A stretch of DNA of 49,617 nucleotides, counting the filler, from Bipalium vagum (lineage: Eukaryota), in the NCBI GenBank assembly GCA_037834085.1. It is 2 parts of 2 records of this genome, joined end to end, with 100 filler letters (N's around TTAATTAATTAA, not from the genome) between each part and the next. Parts side by side here need not be neighbours in the genome. Positions count along the whole stretch, not along the records: positions 30,036 to 49,617 come from JBBMKC010269897.1; 1 more part is not named here. One strand, 5' to 3'. Under the pieces are notes generated by a model. The model was not told the DNA's origin and made no database searches. It was given only the letters and a program-made list of their open reading frames with translations. Shown piece after piece: positions 38,278 through 49,617 of this stretch. How positions within the stretch are numbered: the stretch's first letter is position 1; each line of letters begins with the position of its first letter. Position numbers and translations under genes: made by a program.

Positions 38278-39119
38278 TTAGGGGTATGCATAAGTTGACA
38301 TTGTTGATGTATATATGAAATGTAAGTGATAATAATAGTAATAATATAACATCTAAAAATTTGTATTTTGTTTAAGTAAGTCAATATTGATTATATTTGT
38401 AGTATTAGTTTGATAAATAATTTAAGCTTACTAATTCATTTGCAGAAATTGTAATCGAAGTAGTTAAATGCATATAGACCACTGGAATTTTTTTTGTTTT
38501 ATCAGAAAAAACATCAGCCGAAGCAATACGGATCATTTGAAATATATATGTTGATTGAGCAGTAGCCGATAGCTCATTTCTTCAATGGTTTCAACGCTTT
38601 GAAAGCCGTGACTTTTATTTGAACGATAAAGAACTCATTGATTTGCCACATGAGATGAGTTCGGATGACTTGTAAGCACTTTTGAAAATCGAGTATAAAA
38701 TTAGAAAGAAAGTTACATGTTAACCAAAGCATCATAATTCGATGGTTACATCATTCGGGAAAGATTTATAAAGAAGAAAAATGAGTTCACCTTGATTTAT
38801 CTTAGAAGAACATTACCAGCCGACTGGCCACTTGTGTTTCGCTTCTTAAAAGGCACAAACAAAGGCCTTTCTTACATCGGATTGTGACCGGAGACGGAAA
38901 GTGGATATATTATTCAAATCCTAACCGTAAAAGATCATGATTAAATCCTAGACAACCAAGTACACAAAAGCCAAACGAAATATTCATGGTCACAAATCTC
39001 TTCTTTGTATTTTAATGAATATATTTAATGAATGTATTTTAATGTATCTTGTGGTACATGCACGGAGCTATTTATTATGAACTATTAAAACCATCAAAAG
39101 CTGTTACTGCGGAAGTATA
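38278..39119 (+). mobile_element. Mariner 5' two-thirds, cut by the DD37E-type insertion
   Basis: TIR TTAGGGGTATGCATAAG; QWFQRFESRDFYLNDKE; FLHRIVTGDGKWIYYSNPNRKRS; IYYELLKPSKAVTAEVY. Confidence 0.9.
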
Positions 39120-40420
39120 AAGGCTGGTCAAGGTTTAATTGCGCATTGTTTAAATAGCTCTTGTGTTAAATATATTACATTTCTTTCTTCATTTTTTTGA
39201 ATATTATAGGTCAACTATATCAATTTAACGATTTAATAGTTTAGTTTTTAAATTGCTATCAAGATGAATTTAAAAAGGTGTGAAGATGAAGCCAAGAGAA
39301 TTATTCAGTTTTTTGTGACCAATAACGGAGATCGAAAGATAACGATTAGACACTTCGTAGATGAAGGATGCAAAAGGCGAACAATTCAGCAAGTGTTGAA
39401 ACGTTATGTTGATACTGATAAAGTTGGATACTCCAAGAAATCAGGTTCACAACCATCCGTGTTAACTGCTAAACAGCTGAAGAAGATCAAGAATCATTAT
39501 CGGCGCAATCCAAACATCAGTGAGCGTTCAACAACTACTAAATTCAAAATTTCAAAAACTAGTGCAGCGAATGTGAAGATGAAATTGAGAATCAAATCTA
39601 AGAAGAAGATTACTGGTCCAAAATATGTGAAAGGTCAATAGGAACGGGCAGAAAGACCACTTAGAAAACTGTACAAACTGTCGATTCCGTCTGGCGGTAA
39701 TAAGTTCTTCGTTATGGATGATGAAACATACTGTCCAGTTGATCCATCCCAGGTGCCAGGTAATGAATATTACAACATAGTCGGCGATTGTGAGATTGAT
39801 AATGAATTTAAAACAGAGAAAATCTAAGCTCTATCCTAAATATTTGGTATGGCAGGCGATTTCGCAGGATGGTCAAATTTCAGAACCTTATATCACGTCT
39901 GGAACGATTAACAAGCAAGTTTATCTCGAAGAATGTGTCAAGAAGCATTTAGTTCCATTTATAAACAAATTGAAACAAGATCACGACTTAATCTTCTGGC
40001 CAGATATTGCTACCTGGCATTATGCTAAAATTGTGTGCAATTATCTTGAACATAAAATTGATTTTATAACCAAAGAGAGAAATGCACCAGCTGTACCTAA
40101 CCAAAGACCAATAGAACGTTTCTGGGCATTGTGCAAGAGAAGGTACAAAGAATTGAACAAGGAATGTGACACAATTCGCAAATTTAAGAATGCTTGGATA
40201 AAGATTTCAAAGGAAGTAGCCCAGAAAAGCGGTGCTAATCTGTTTACAAATTTCAATCATAATTTGTACACTGGTGGTTATTCAAAAAATATTTAAAAGA
40301 GCTTAAGCACTTAAAAAATGTTTTTTTATTTGTAGAGTGATTTTGGCTTTATATATTCCTATAAGTAAATACACATTTTATTTATCAAAAAGTATAAAAG
40401 GTATTTAATTTGTGGACAAT
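39120..40420 (+). mobile_element. ITmD37E-like Tc1/mariner element, least decayed in the window
   Basis: Begins TA|AAGGCTGGTCAAGG; near-complete transposase; right TIR not recognisable. Confidence 0.88.
39264..40296 (+). pseudogene. DD37E-type transposase pseudogene
   Basis: ORFs 39264-39641 and 39790-40296 are joined through one TAG and one frameshift (~39810). Motifs VMDDETY, KYLVWQAI, FWPD-x36-E (RPIERFW). Confidence 0.9.
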
Positions 40421-41074
40421 TTTCATATATATATAGACAATCATTTTAATTATATTCTTGGCTTCATGCTACTCTTTATATTTTACTTACATATTCTAAA
40501 ATTTATATAATTAATTATTTTATAAAAAGATAATAATATTATTAACGAAAATCAAAACATGATTCATTATTAAAATTATACAAAAACTACTTTCAGATAA
40601 AATGTTTCGATTGACCTAAGATAATCTATCTCATTTACAGAAAGATCAAAAATCATTTTACCTATCAATGAATATTGATATTAAAACAAACTCAACCTGA
40701 AAATCAATGAAAGGTATAAAAATATCATTTTTTTTGAAATGCATTGAAAACAAAACAAAGAACCAGTCCGTCTTTTTATTATTTATATTTTTATTCTTAA
40801 TATTTTACTTATTCCTTTTGTCTTTTGATTTGTTTATTATGATATTATTATAGATTTTTGTTTTGTCAAAATAGAACTTTACTATGTCAGAATTAACATT
40901 TACAATGTCAAAATATAGGTGAAAACAGTGTGGTTTTTTAACTTGAAAATCTCCTTGTAGTAGTAATCTTTAAAATCTATTAGTAAACTTATCATTATAT
41001 ATATAATACATTATCGGACCAATAAGATATTCAAACCCACTGTAAAATCAGATTTTTCAAAAATCTTTAAAAAT

Positions 41075-42070
41075 AATGTCATTGTGCAGTTGTAAAAAAA
41101 TCAATGTCAGTGTCAAACTCATTTATTCAATGAGAAAGATGATGAATTATGAAAAATTATTTAAGAGAACAAAAAATTTAGTTTCCAAAATTATCCACAG
41201 TTTTCATAGAAACTTAGACAGCAAGTCTGTTAGGAATTGATTTTAAAGTAAAGAAAAATGTGACCAAAATGCTGCAATAAAAACAGAGATATAATTTTAA
41301 TTTCACTCTCAAGTTGGCTAGACAATCATTGAAATTGCTTACCATACTTCTGGCTGCTGTCAAAGCAAGGCATAATATTAACGACCACACCAGAGTACGT
41401 TTAAAACAATGTTTTAGTGTCACTATTATTATCATTCTTGGTTTTGAGATGATTTTACTTCACTAAATGAAAATCATTATTGATTTGTTGACAAAAACAT
41501 TTTTCAAATGAGAAGTGATTTGTTGAAATATTTTCCACTATTGCAACACCGACCGCCTCTAATGACTGTGAAAAGATAACGAAATTCAATTATAAGCAGC
41601 TTAAGTACTAATTCGCTAGATAACGCCTCCAATATCTGCAGTAATGATAACCGTTGAAAAACAAGAAAAACTGTGAAAGAAAAGCACAAATTTTGATATC
41701 AATAAAATTCGATATTAAAACAAGCAATTCTGAAGATTTTTTCTCTATTAAAATAATCAATACAGAAAACATTGAAGATTCGTGGAAAATTGAAAGACTG
41801 GTGATTTCCATAAATGCTTTTGTGCTATAAGAATAATTTCTAAGGGCCAATGATTTTTATCTCACTGATGACAAATTAATTTCATACTAAACCTGGTGGA
41901 AAATAACTAAAACAGATAAATGTCATACTATAGATTAATGTATATTCCAAAATTCACAAAATATACAATTAGGCATTCAAATAAAATTTTAAGGCAAATG
42001 AAAAAAAACTTACCGGTAGAAAAGACAATCAAATAATAACAGAAAGTGTTCTTGAAATCGATAAGATCTT
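41075..42070 (+). mobile_element. Possible old hAT-like transposase relic
   Basis: HCAV.K.N near the start and WWK near 41894 are in hAT-like order; heavily decayed. Confidence 0.25.
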
Positions 42071-42433
42071 CCAATAATTCAGGATAGTAATAGAAACTGA
42101 AAATAAAATAAAATAACCAAAGAAAAAAGTTATAATTATCTATAATCATTTTTCTCAAAATGAATATTATTATCATATTGATTGAAATGTTTTGCAAAGA
42201 TTTTTCATTGTATCAATGATAATTATTTCTCTATCTGAAACCATTTAATTTTTCAGAGAATTTGTCATTTTTAAAAAAATGAAACATTATTAAAAATATT
42301 TCTGCCCGATTAAACTTTAAAATATTAAGTTAATTATTAAAATATTATTTATTAACGAAATTATAAATTTATTTATTTTTTTCTAAAATACTTAACTCAA
42401 TATAAAATACATTTTTCAAAAATTGAATTGGAT

Positions 42434-42435
42434 AA

Positions 42436-42490
<55 letters not shown>

Positions 42491-42491
42491 A
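42434..42491. repeat. (AAAT)n microsatellite
   Basis: About 14 units. Confidence 0.95.
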
Positions 42492-42495
42492 TATT

Positions 42496-42880
42496 AGAGT
42501 TATAAAATTATTTTACATCATAAATTTATTGATAAATTTATACAATAATATATTATGTATATTATTATAATAGGTTTTCAATAAATTAATATTTATCTAA
42601 AAGAAATCCTTCGTTTAAATCTATATAAAATAAATTTTAATAATCGATTTCAATAATTAATATAAATTAATTAATATAAATGGAAAAACACAACAATACT
42701 TAACTAAAGTTATAAAAATGATATATTTTATTGATAAAATTATACAATATATATAGATTTTCAATAAATTAATATTTATCTAAAAAAATAATACATTTAA
42801 ACCAGTGTAATATAAATTTAAAATATCGATTTCAATAATTAATAAAATTTAATTGATAAACTAGCAAAACACCACAATAA
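42496..42880. repeat. Diverged tandem duplication, two ~180-205-bp copies
   Basis: Shared blocks AGTTATAAAA, TTTATTGATAAA.TTATACAAT, TTTTCAATAAATTAATATTTATCTAAAA and ATCGATTTCAATAATTAAT in the same order. Confidence 0.85.
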
Positions 42881-44457
42881 TAAATTTAATTGCGAATTTA
42901 TACATTTCCATCGTATATTAAAACAACAAATTTAGTCATTATTTTAATATCAAATTTTAATAAGAAATACGAAAATTAATTAAAATTTTTCTAAATCAAA
43001 ATATTTTAATCTTGTCATTCCATAAATAATGTACATTGACTGTTATCAGAGAATAAGTCATTTGTGGTTTTCTGTAAATAATTATGGACGTCTGAGGCTG
43101 TACATCATTGCTGACTAATAAATATTATAAATATAAATATTTCATTTTTTATATTTTTATTATTTTGAATGATTATTATTATATTTTTTATTGTCTGTGT
43201 AAACTAGGATGGAATGAAAAACTAAGTCATTCATTAACGAAAGGGGAAATTACTATAGTCTTGAACGTTTGTCAAAACTAAAAAACAATTAATCTATTCA
43301 CAGAGCAAAACTTTCAAAAGAGATAAGAAATTGAGCTTGATTTGATATTTTCCCTTCCTTTAACAACTACTTGAAATGATTAAAAGATTTGTTCTGTACA
43401 ATTAATAATTAGCCAAGAATAATATATTATGAAATGAAAAGTATAGTAACATTACTGTCATTAACAAATTATCATTAGTGAACAATTATTAACCCATTTA
43501 AAAATATTAAATTAAATTATTAATTTACGTTTACAATTCATCATAACTGAGCACAGTATAAATATGCACATATAAAGCAGTAATACACTAAGTAATTTTT
43601 TTTCTGAATCAGATCTTACAAGTTTAATTGGTCTCAAAGATCAATAAATTAAAAAACTTGATTAATATTGATAAATATTTTATAAATAAAGACTATTGTT
43701 ATTACAAAATTATGGATTTATCATTCTCGCATTGCATAAAAGAAATTTTATATAATACCAGACAATAAAAATTCTGTTACTAAACATTTTTAGAACTCAA
43801 TAACAATTTATTTCTTTCAAGTTTATATACAAATGAATGAAAAATATTTGATCGTTCTACAGATAATGTCAATGCAAATAATATCAAATAACAAAGACCT
43901 TTAGAAAAATTCAAAATGGAGACAACTTGAACCTTTAAAATTGTTGAATAGCTTTAATCGATGAAGGAAAATTAAAAAATAAGATTTATTGATAATATTA
44001 AATTTTAAGTAAAATCAACTAAAAACTGAGACCCCTTGAAAAATTATATTTGAAATGTCCACGGAATTTAAAGAGAAAAATATTGATTTTAGATTTTTAT
44101 GGTAATGTACAATGTAATTTGTGAAAAATAGTTATTTTTCAAAGATTTTTCTCTTTACGAAATGAAAAAATATTATTAATTATTAATTTATTTTACTTTT
44201 AAATATATTTAAAAGTTAAAATCAGAAAATATTGATAATGTCATAATCATCTTATAAAAATATGAAAAAATAATTTCAACTGTTTTATTTCATAAATAAA
44301 AGTTTCTAAATGTAACAATCTCTACAAATCAACTTTTCATTCACCAGACAAAAATGATAGATTTTCATATTATTACTATGAACATTATTTAGTATATTTT
44401 ACCAATTTTAATTCTTTATTGATATTTTATGTAATGATAATATTATTATTTAATGTG

Positions 44458-44580
44458 TACCGTATTTTTGCACAAGGAACCCGTACACACACACACACAC
44501 ATGTAACCCGCACCCTTATAATCCCCGTACATCTTATTGGTTTGTGTAAAAAAAACAAAAAATCTTAACCCGCTATATAT
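44458..44580. mobile_element. Left terminus of a pogo/Tc2-like element with internal (CA)n
   Basis: TA|CCGTATTTTT followed by repeated AACCCG(C/T)A motifs. Confidence 0.55.
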
Positions 44581-44603
44581 TAACTGTTATATTAATTGCT
44601 ATT

Positions 44604-45584
44604 ATTATTGGTGACTCACAAAGTTTCAGAATTTTACGTATTTGTGGGTCTTTAGAATAAAGTTGCATGTTTTAAAATATTATTTAAAATACTGCGCAGT
44701 GATTTAATTTAATTGTTTTATTTTGGGCAATTGATATTTTGCGATGAAAAATCTCTTGAGAAATATTATTTCAGATGGGTCATACTGCTACCGATATAGA
44801 TGCGAAGTCAAAGAGAAAATACCCTTGAGAATTCTGGAATGGATACATGTTCGATTGATTCTTTGGTCGTGAGAACGCTTGTTGAAATTAATCTATCAAC
44901 GATAATAAAAGGTTGTCTGTAGAAGTTGGTACTTTAAAAGAAACAAAACGACAACATTAATACAAGACCAGGTAAATAGAAGAATAGATTTTTATTCAAC
45001 TTTTCCGAAAACCAGACGATATTCGTCCTATGAAATGGTAAGGAATTGACAAAGGCAAATCAATATAACAATTCTTAAGAAGAGGTGCTGTGGGAACAAC
45101 CTGCTATAAGTTTGATGAAAATAGATAAGTATAATTTATTTCAAGTAATTCCTGGTGGTGTAGTTTGCAATGCAGACCTCTACTGGCAGTGATTTAATAA
45201 AATTTTCACTAATATATTTTCACTAATATTTCTATATCCACAACTGCTCAATAGAAAAAGAGTAATTCTACAAGATAATGCTAGACCATATGCACTAAAG
45301 AAAAAATTACCAGTCAGAAACTGAAATCCTCACACTTCCAGAAAATATCATCTGATTGTCACTCTTTTCGATTAATTTCAACAATTTTGACAGAGAAGAA
45401 ATTTGTTAATATATGATACTTAAATAAATTTTCACAATTTCTTACAACCCAAGAATCCAACTATTAAGACTTGCTGAAAGCATCGGGAACAATAGTTTAA
45501 TGAATACAACTTAAATTGATACCAGTTTTACATTCAATATTATTAAGGTGATACAAATTCCGAAAACGTGGGGGTCACCGTAAT
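44604..45584 (+). mobile_element. Decayed mariner retaining both TIRs
   Basis: Left GGTGACTCACAAAGTTTCAGAATTT versus reverse complement of right GGTGACCCCCACGTTTTCGGAATTT; NRKRVILQDNARPY; SDCH.LFR. Confidence 0.85.
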
Positions 45585-47124
45585 TCTAACATTTTTTTAT
45601 ATTATTAAATGGGTAATGCTCAGTTTTGCGGCGTAAAATAACCAGAAAATATTTTGCTTCAGTTAGACGGAGTAAAATATTTTAAAATGTCAAACATATT
45701 TGACACTTTTTTTTTCAAGTCTTACTCGCCAGTTCATGCTGGGAACTGTATATCCATACATTAAATATAGCTCTTATTCAAATAAATCTTAGTCTTTTTG
45801 TCGTTCAAAGAACTGGTTTCAATTTTACGCAATTTAACCGAAGGATTTCCATTAAATAATATTGAGAATAATCACATTTTAAAAATTTATATTTTTGAAA
45901 TGTAGGTTCTAAAAAATTTCCATTTTTCTTCTTTATTGAGGCAATAAGCCGAAAATTATATAACAAAAACTAATAAGAGTGAAATTTTCCTTAATATGTC
46001 TAGTAAAAATACAAATATAAATCATTAAATTGTCAAAATGGTACCTAATCGGATAGATTTTAAATTAATAAAATAATTTTTGAAGATCAAAAGTAAAATC
46101 AATGAAGTTCCGTTTATATTGCCTACTACTATTATTTTACTTATTGATTTTTCCATAATCATTAATAAACAAGTAGTGTCACTTAACGTAAAATTCGATA
46201 AAGATGGTCATTTCTAAATTATGATTTTGACCTTTAAATACTGATTACTTTAAAATAATAAGCCTGTCAAGATTAAAGCCGGAAAAAGATCAAGAAACGA
46301 ATTCTAAAAAACAACCTCAATTAGGTTTTTTCCATATTGATCAAATGGAAAAAAATTTGAAAATATAGATTTAATAAAACACTTGTGACTTCTCAAAAGT
46401 AGAACTTTTCGAAACCATTCGACTATAACCTACTGAATTCTCATTACGTTGTAGAATGTAAACAACAAAAATGTTTATAAAATATGTCTTGTCGCAAAAA
46501 TACAGTGGAACCAATGGAAAATTTAGAAATTTCAATAATTTGATTAGTTAAAACCCTACAAGAAGCTAAAGAATAAAGAACTCAAATCTTAAGTTCCACT
46601 AAAAATCTGTCACAGATAATGCTGATTTTTTCAACTGTCAGGATTATGAAAGAGATAAAGTTTCTAAATATGGTCCAGCGGCAAATAATCAATGGGTTTT
46701 TGTGCGACGACTACATAATATATACATAGTGACACACATAAGAAGTGCTGAAAATTTACTGAAAAAAACTGTTAGCTGTCTGTAGAAGTTCTCGGAAAAG
46801 GAATTATGTTTTTGTTAAGCTGAAAATATGGAATGGTTTGAGGAAACACTTTATTTGATTTCTTTATTGATTTACATAATATCAGTTCTAAAATGAAAGA
46901 GAGATTTGGTACATAAATTATATAGATAAATTTTCGGATGTGTTTTCGATAAAATCTCAATTTTACGACGATACTTGCAGTTGTAATAAAATATCCATAT
47001 ATATTTCCAGGTAAGGAAAACTGCATCTGATGTTAGAAATATTTTCAGTCCCCTCAATGATTTGAAATGATGGATAATTCAAAAAATAAAATGAGTACAG
47101 GCAACTCATTGGAAATTTTATGTA

Positions 47125-47270
47125 CTCAGTTTAGTCTATGGTGATATTAAAACTGTGACGACTTGACAATATTGGAAAAGAATTCTGAAACCCAAGCAGC
47201 AGAGAAGCAATATTATCATTCACCATACATACATAGTATTTTGACAATATAATTATCAATATGAGAAATT
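47125..47270 (+). mobile_element. Possible hAT C-terminal dimerisation-domain relic
   Basis: LW*Y*N..L.IL....AAEK....IHS....LS loosely fits 'WWxxN..P.L...SAAxER.FS...IHS..RNRLS'. Confidence 0.25.
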
Positions 47271-47956
47271 TCAAATGATAGAAGAGAAAAAGGCTTTGAG
47301 ACTAGAAATATTTAAAATTAAAAAATGAAAGGGATTCTAAAAATGAGTTTATTGATTATTATTTTTGGTTATTGTCAGCTTACAACAAAATATATAAAGA
47401 GAAAACTTTTGATAATAAACATTTTAAAAAACTATCAAAGATACAATTCAAGATTCTTGTACCCAGCCAATCAGATCTTGTTCTATTTAATATCAGTTAT
47501 ATTAATAAAATCAAATGTCTCTCAACCTTCAGAATTCGAACCATAAAAATTGGCATAGTTCATTTCACTTGTCGTTTATCTTTGATTATTAAAAAACCAA
47601 TTTTCTCTTACGTTGTTGAATTAGAATTAAATCAATAACAAACATTAACAAATTGTAGAAATTAAAAATGTACATTTATCGGAATCTAGAAAATAATATA
47701 ATTGAAAAAAGAGCATAATTAAACTTGTAATTGATTTTTGTTTAGGTTCAGTAAGATTGTTTTATTTTCTCATTTCGTTGAAACAATTCCCATTACAGTC
47801 TTGCGCATTTAGTGTATCACCTGTCGTGCATTTCTTTTAACACCAAATACCATTTAATGAATATAAAATAAATTAGTGAATATAAAAAAGTCAAATTAAT
47901 AATTTTGATGTTTCTCAGTAATACTATATTATTAATGACAAATAATGTATTTAATA

Positions 47957-48128
47957 CAGTTGAGTTCGTTTAAAAGCACTCTCGATATATGCACATATGG
48001 CTTATAAACACAACATTTACTGACACGTATGATTATTTTACTATTTTTATTTTACTTTTGAAAACTCAGGTCGTTTAAAGGCGCTTTTTCAGTGACACTT
48101 TACCCGTGCCCTTAAGCAGGTTCTACTG
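47957..48128. mobile_element. Tigger/pogo-like MITE, 172 bp
   Basis: TA|CAGTTGAGTTCGTTTAAAAGCAC versus reverse complement of right end CAGTAGAACCTGCTTAAGGGCAC; right flank is TG (mutated TA). Confidence 0.75.
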
Positions 48129-48139
48129 TGAGTCGAATA

Positions 48140-48993
48140 CACTAGTTTTCCTATAACATGTTCTCAAAATGCTTTCCTTCAGCAGTTAGAATCAAAACAA
48201 TTCTTCGTAGGAAGGATAATAATGCAGTTTGTAGCTCTTTAATTCGATTTTCCAGTTCCATAATTTTTTTGGTTTTTTGTAATGAAAAACAGGCCAATTC
48301 CATCAAACAGGGGTCATAATTTTATTGAGATGAAAATCTTGTTTAATTCTGGGCATTACTATGTGAGGACGAACAAACCACTCCTTTCTGGTCTTTAAGT
48401 TTGTATGCAAACACGATTTCTCACCTCCAGTGAGGATTCAATGAAGAAATCGTTTCCTGTGGTCACATGTCTCTCAGTATCCGAAAAGATATTGAGCTGC
48501 AATTTTTAAATGACTTTATTTAAAATTTTGTTTGTGAAATTTTATTTTAGGTGGCGGAAGACTGTTATTGGATTTCTGTTCATCCTCTGAAACAAATCTC
48601 TGCATGTCTGACGGCCGTCCTCTTTCACGAGTGTAATCAGTTGGTCTTTGTCGAAATTGTATTACTGAATTTTATAATTTCTCGTAACAATATGTTACAG
48701 CAATCCAGACCAAAATATATTTTATGAAAACATTACAAATTTCTTGGATTTCTTCTGCAACTCTCTGACTTTCATTAAAATAAAATAGTGATATAAATGG
48801 TGTTTTTGATCAACTTGGCATTGCATTTCAAAGCTGTCACAAATTTAAATGAAATGAAATATCAAAAATGTTTACTGTGCTTCTGTAAAGCAGAAAGAGA
48901 TCTTACAATTTTTTGATATTGCATAAATGTGATATCGTAAAACAAAGCCATAAAATGATAAAATCACGAAAAACTAATCCATAGTAATGTTAT
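48140..48993 (-). mobile_element. Decayed mariner, 5' two-thirds
   Basis: MQCQVDQKHHL..; L.KEDGRQTCRDL; FLH*ILTGGEK; YDPCLME (IW-like); YGTGKS region. Confidence 0.85.
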
Positions 48994-49617
48994 ATGATAT
49001 TGACCGTTAGAGATATTAAAGAAGAACTCAGAAACAATTTCAAAATAAAAAATATTATTTGATTTTTTTTTAATTATAATTAAGAAATGAGTAAAAACTA
49101 AAGCTTCAAACGATAAATGAAATTTGCATATTACACAGAGAATTTCGCAAAATTCGATTCTCAGAAATTGAATAATTTTTTATGGCACTTAATTACAATT
49201 CTTTAATTTTTCCTTAGACAACTATATAATATTATCATAGACGATAAATTTTTAGATTGCGCTTTCGATAAGATTTATAAAAATACATAAATGAGAAGAT
49301 AACTAGAATGTTATGGTAATGATCATTAATTATAACGTTTTAGGTATTAATTAAACGATTTTTAAAAGTTATCCATAACTTAACTATTATTACAACGTAT
49401 ATTGCTCGATATTTATTGTGAACTGGCAATGACACATTGCGCAGGTGTGATCTGACTTTATCATGATAAAATTTGACCTTGTTAATATACATTGAAAAAT
49501 TTGAACATTCTAGTGATTATTTGAAAAATCAATATTTCCATCTCAAAGTTTCCTCAGAGTAAAAAAGAAATCAACTAACGTTAATTTCCTAGTCATGATT
49601 TATTATTATTACATATC

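Noticed and set aside
39264-40296. Programmed read-through or frameshift giving an active transposase
   Set aside because: It needs both a stop bypass and a frameshift, and the right TIR is lost. A pseudogene is simpler.
70-44580. Tc2-like ends at 70-187 and 44458-44580 as termini of one giant element
   Set aside because: They point outward from each other (right end first, left end later) and differ in sequence.
401-47638. Most short ORFs in the supplied track as genes
   Set aside because: They are antisense or off-frame shadows of transposon relics, or F/I/L/K/N-rich chance ORFs in AT-rich DNA.
1-49617. Alternative genetic code (TAA/TAG or TGA read-through) explaining the in-frame stops
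   Set aside because: All three stop types occur together with many frameshifts, and transposases end naturally at TAA (for example FIE*, VIE*). This is neutral decay.

Overview
Very AT-rich (roughly 75-80% by eye) eukaryotic DNA, probably from an invertebrate. TTTCAG-type acceptors would fit a nematode, but that is only inference. I can find no intact protein-coding gene. The window is a transposon graveyard with about 20 decayed IS630-Tc1-mariner relics: DD34D mariners of several subfamilies, three maT/DD37D-type pieces, Tc1-like fragments and one comparatively young ITmD37E-type element at 39.1-40.4 kb. It also holds a Merlin/IS1016-like relic with a matching MITE, pogo/Tc2/Tigger-like ends, RTE-like LINE fragments, LTR-like units, weak hAT-like and host-pseudogene-like segments, microsatellites and a 100-bp assembly gap with a stop-codon linker. 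Three insertions are nested in older mariners. The most unusual signal is a tRNA-Ala-like Pol III cassette, present twice, at the 3' end of a ~227-bp TG...CA LTR-like unit. All calls come from manual translation and motif recognition; boundaries of decayed elements are approximate.
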